Positions 35,168 to 36,866 of a DNA stretch of 36,866 nucleotides are shown here, piece after piece. The notes beneath the pieces were generated by a model. The model saw only the letters and a program-made list of their open reading frames with translations, was not told where the DNA came from and made no database searches. Both the position numbers and the translations under genes were made by a program. The DNA lies in NCBI GenBank assembly GCA_002428055.1, contig DIZY01000038.1, forward strand, positions 1-36,866. Reading direction: 5' to 3'. Each line of letters opens with the position of its first letter. The stretch's first letter is position 1. The DNA comes from Helicobacteraceae bacterium UBA6016. GTDB lineage: Bacteria; Campylobacterota; Campylobacteria; Campylobacterales; UBA6016.

Positions 35168-36866
35168 ATGTACAAAATAGAATGGTCTAGGGACAATAAA
35201 AATTTACCAATATTAAATGATTTTGCTAAAGATAGCATAATACCTCCAAGGCCTGTTTTTTTTGAAGAACTTGATTTGCTAGGGTTTAATGAGCACTTTA
35301 AATATCCTAGTTCTGAAGAGCCATTAATGTGGGCTATAGGGAGAGATTATTATTGCAATAGTGTCAAGGTAGCACGAGCAGTTGGTGGTGACATAAATAA
35401 TGCGCCTGTATTAGAAATTTATCAAGACGGTGTTGAGCTTCAGCCAATTGATATTGATATGTTGATAAAAATCAATAAAAGCAAAATCGAAGTTCTTAAA
35501 AATGAAGCTATAGAATTTACCAAAAAAGTTTATAAAGATTATGAGAAGAAAGTTGATTTTTTTATCGTAGCTTTTAGTGGCGGAAAAGACTCGCAAGTAT
35601 TACTAGACTTAGCAACAATCGCATTAGAGCCAGAACAGTACAAAGTAATTTTTACTGATACTACAATGGAACTACCACATACTTATGAAACAGTGCAAAA
35701 AACAGAAAAACACTATAAAAATATTTATAAAGATTTTAAGGTTACAAGTGTAAGAAATCCAAATGATGCCGAACATCTTTGGAAAACTTTTGGTAGCCCA
35801 TCAATGAATTTTAGATGGTGTTGTAGTGTTTATAAAACATCACCAGTAATGAACTATTTAAAAAGTATAAACAATAATAAAATACCAAAAATTATACTTT
35901 ACAATGGTGTTAGAGCCGAAGAAAGTAGTCAAAGGGCTGAACACGCAAGAATTGCACATGGCGTCAAACACCAATCTCAAACCAATATAGAAGTTATAAA
36001 ATATTGGAATGATTTTGAGGTTTATTTATACTTGTTTTATGCTGGTATTAAACCGAACAGTGGCTATCGTTTAGGTTTTGACAGAATGGGATGCAGTATT
36101 TGTCCATTAGCAAAAAGCAAAAATGACTTTATGGTTAAAAAAGTTGCTCCTGAATTAGCCAAGAAATTTATTGATATTGTAATTGAAGATTCAAAAAGAT
36201 TACATATTAAAGATATAGATGACTATGTTCGGGATGGTGCTTGGAAAAGAAGAAATGAAAATAATAATGATGTAGAATCTATTGTGCAATTTAGTGAACA
36301 TAATAAAGAACTTGTAATAAATTTAACAAACTCAAAAGAAAATCTTTTTGAATGGTTAAAAGTTTTAGGTGATTACAAAGTAAGTAAACAAAATAATCAT
36401 ATTGATGTAAACATTGATAATCAGATTACTAATATTAGTTATACATTTTCAGAAAACAGTATAAATTTAAAAACTAACGAAAGCAATATTTCTAATTTAA
36501 GTCATATTAAGAGAATTGCATATAAAACTAATTATTGTATTCACTGTGGAAGTTGCGAAGCAGAGTGCCCAACAGGTGCATTAAGTGTTTTTCCGAAAGT
36601 TCAAGTAGGTAGTGACTTATGTATTCATTGTAACAAATGTTTAGATTTTCATGAGAAAGGATGTGTAATGGCAGATGTTTCTGTGGCTAAAATAAATCAA
36701 GGCAATGTAAATATTTTAAAAGGCTTTGGTAAATATCAGAATTTTGCAATGCAAAGTGATTGGTTGAATGAATTTATAACTAATCAAAATTGGTTTGAGA
36801 ATAATACTCTGGGGGTAAAGCAAATACCCGCGATGGTAGCATGGATGAAAGAAGCAGAATTGCTTA
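35168..36866 (+). CDS. PAPS-reductase-family protein with ferredoxin domain and start of a DUF4007-like domain (SspD/DndC/BrxP-like); partial
   Basis: Not in the ORF track because it runs off the right edge. Hand translation from ATG 35168 gives FSGGKDS, DTTME, RWCCSVYK, GVRAEES, RMGCSICP, CIHCGSCEAECP, CIHCNKC and GFGKYQNFAMQSDWL...LGVKQIPAMVAWMKEAELL. Confidence 0.85.
   Translation, partial: MYKIEWSRDNKNLPILNDFAKDSIIPPRPVFFEELDLLGFNEHFKYPSSEEPLMWAIGRDYYCNSVKVARAVGGDINNAPVLEIYQDGVELQPIDIDMLIKINKSKIEVLKNEAIEFTKKVYKDYEKKVDFFIVAFSGGKDSQVLLDLATIALEPEQYKVIFTDTTMELPHTYETVQKTEKHYKNIYKDFKVTSVRNPNDAEHLWKTFGSPSMNFRWCCSVYKTSPVMNYLKSINNNKIPKIILYNGVRAEESSQRAEHARIAHGVKHQSQTNIEVIKYWNDFEVYLYLFYAGIKPNSGYRLGFDRMGCSICPLAKSKNDFMVKKVAPELAKKFIDIVIEDSKRLHIKDIDDYVRDGAWKRRNENNNDVESIVQFSEHNKELVINLTNSKENLFEWLKVLGDYKVSKQNNHIDVNIDNQITNISYTFSENSINLKTNESNISNLSHIKRIAYKTNYCIHCGSCEAECPTGALSVFPKVQVGSDLCIHCNKCLDFHEKGCVMADVSVAKINQGNVNILKGFGKYQNFAMQSDWLNEFITNQNWFENNTLGVKQIPAMVAWMKEAELL

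Noticed and set aside
216-35596. Numerous 60-190 aa ORFs antisense to or overlapping real genes
   Set aside because: They are shadow frames of well-supported genes, with no RBS or motifs.
1-36866. CRISPR arrays, tRNA/rRNA genes, transposases, integrases and prophage genes
   Set aside because: None were recognised by eye; the 31-bp-period repeats at 22375 are too short and too few to be a CRISPR array.

Overview
Chromosomal window from a sulfur-oxidising bacterium, most likely Campylobacterota (Sulfurimonas/Sulfuricurvum-like; inferred from the soxXYZAB layout without soxCD, the dnaB-comEC pair, the DnaB C-terminal charged insertion and TGn-TATAAT promoters). From left to right it contains: tamB (partial) and tamA; a kinase / single-domain receiver / hybrid-kinase triad; a divergent three-gene signalling unit (stand-alone Cache sensor, OmpR-type regulator, histidine kinase); a CoA-disulfide-reductase/Nox-like flavoprotein; an extended sox operon (soxXYZAB, DUF302-like protein, two exported DsrE-like proteins, OprD-like porin, CxxC thioredoxin); comEC and dnaB; a defence islet (HTH regulator, EcoRI-family adenine methylase, DUF262-HNH nuclease); a dipeptide epimerase; a large SAM methyltransferase; pgm and glgB; an inserted PAS kinase; a sigma54-preceded hypothetical gene; several intact and decayed toxin-antitoxin modules; and the 5' part of a low-GC PAPS-reductase/ferredoxin/DUF4007-like fusion gene missing from the ORF track. 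The strongest non-coding signals are three TGTTG-N7-CAACA operators exactly 31 bp apart ahead of the methylase-nuclease pair, two TTTACGC-N4-TTTACACA boxes at sox promoters, a 129-bp nested hairpin upstream of soxX, and a duplicated glgB 3' end bracketing an insertion. All protein calls come from motif recognition by eye; no searches were run.
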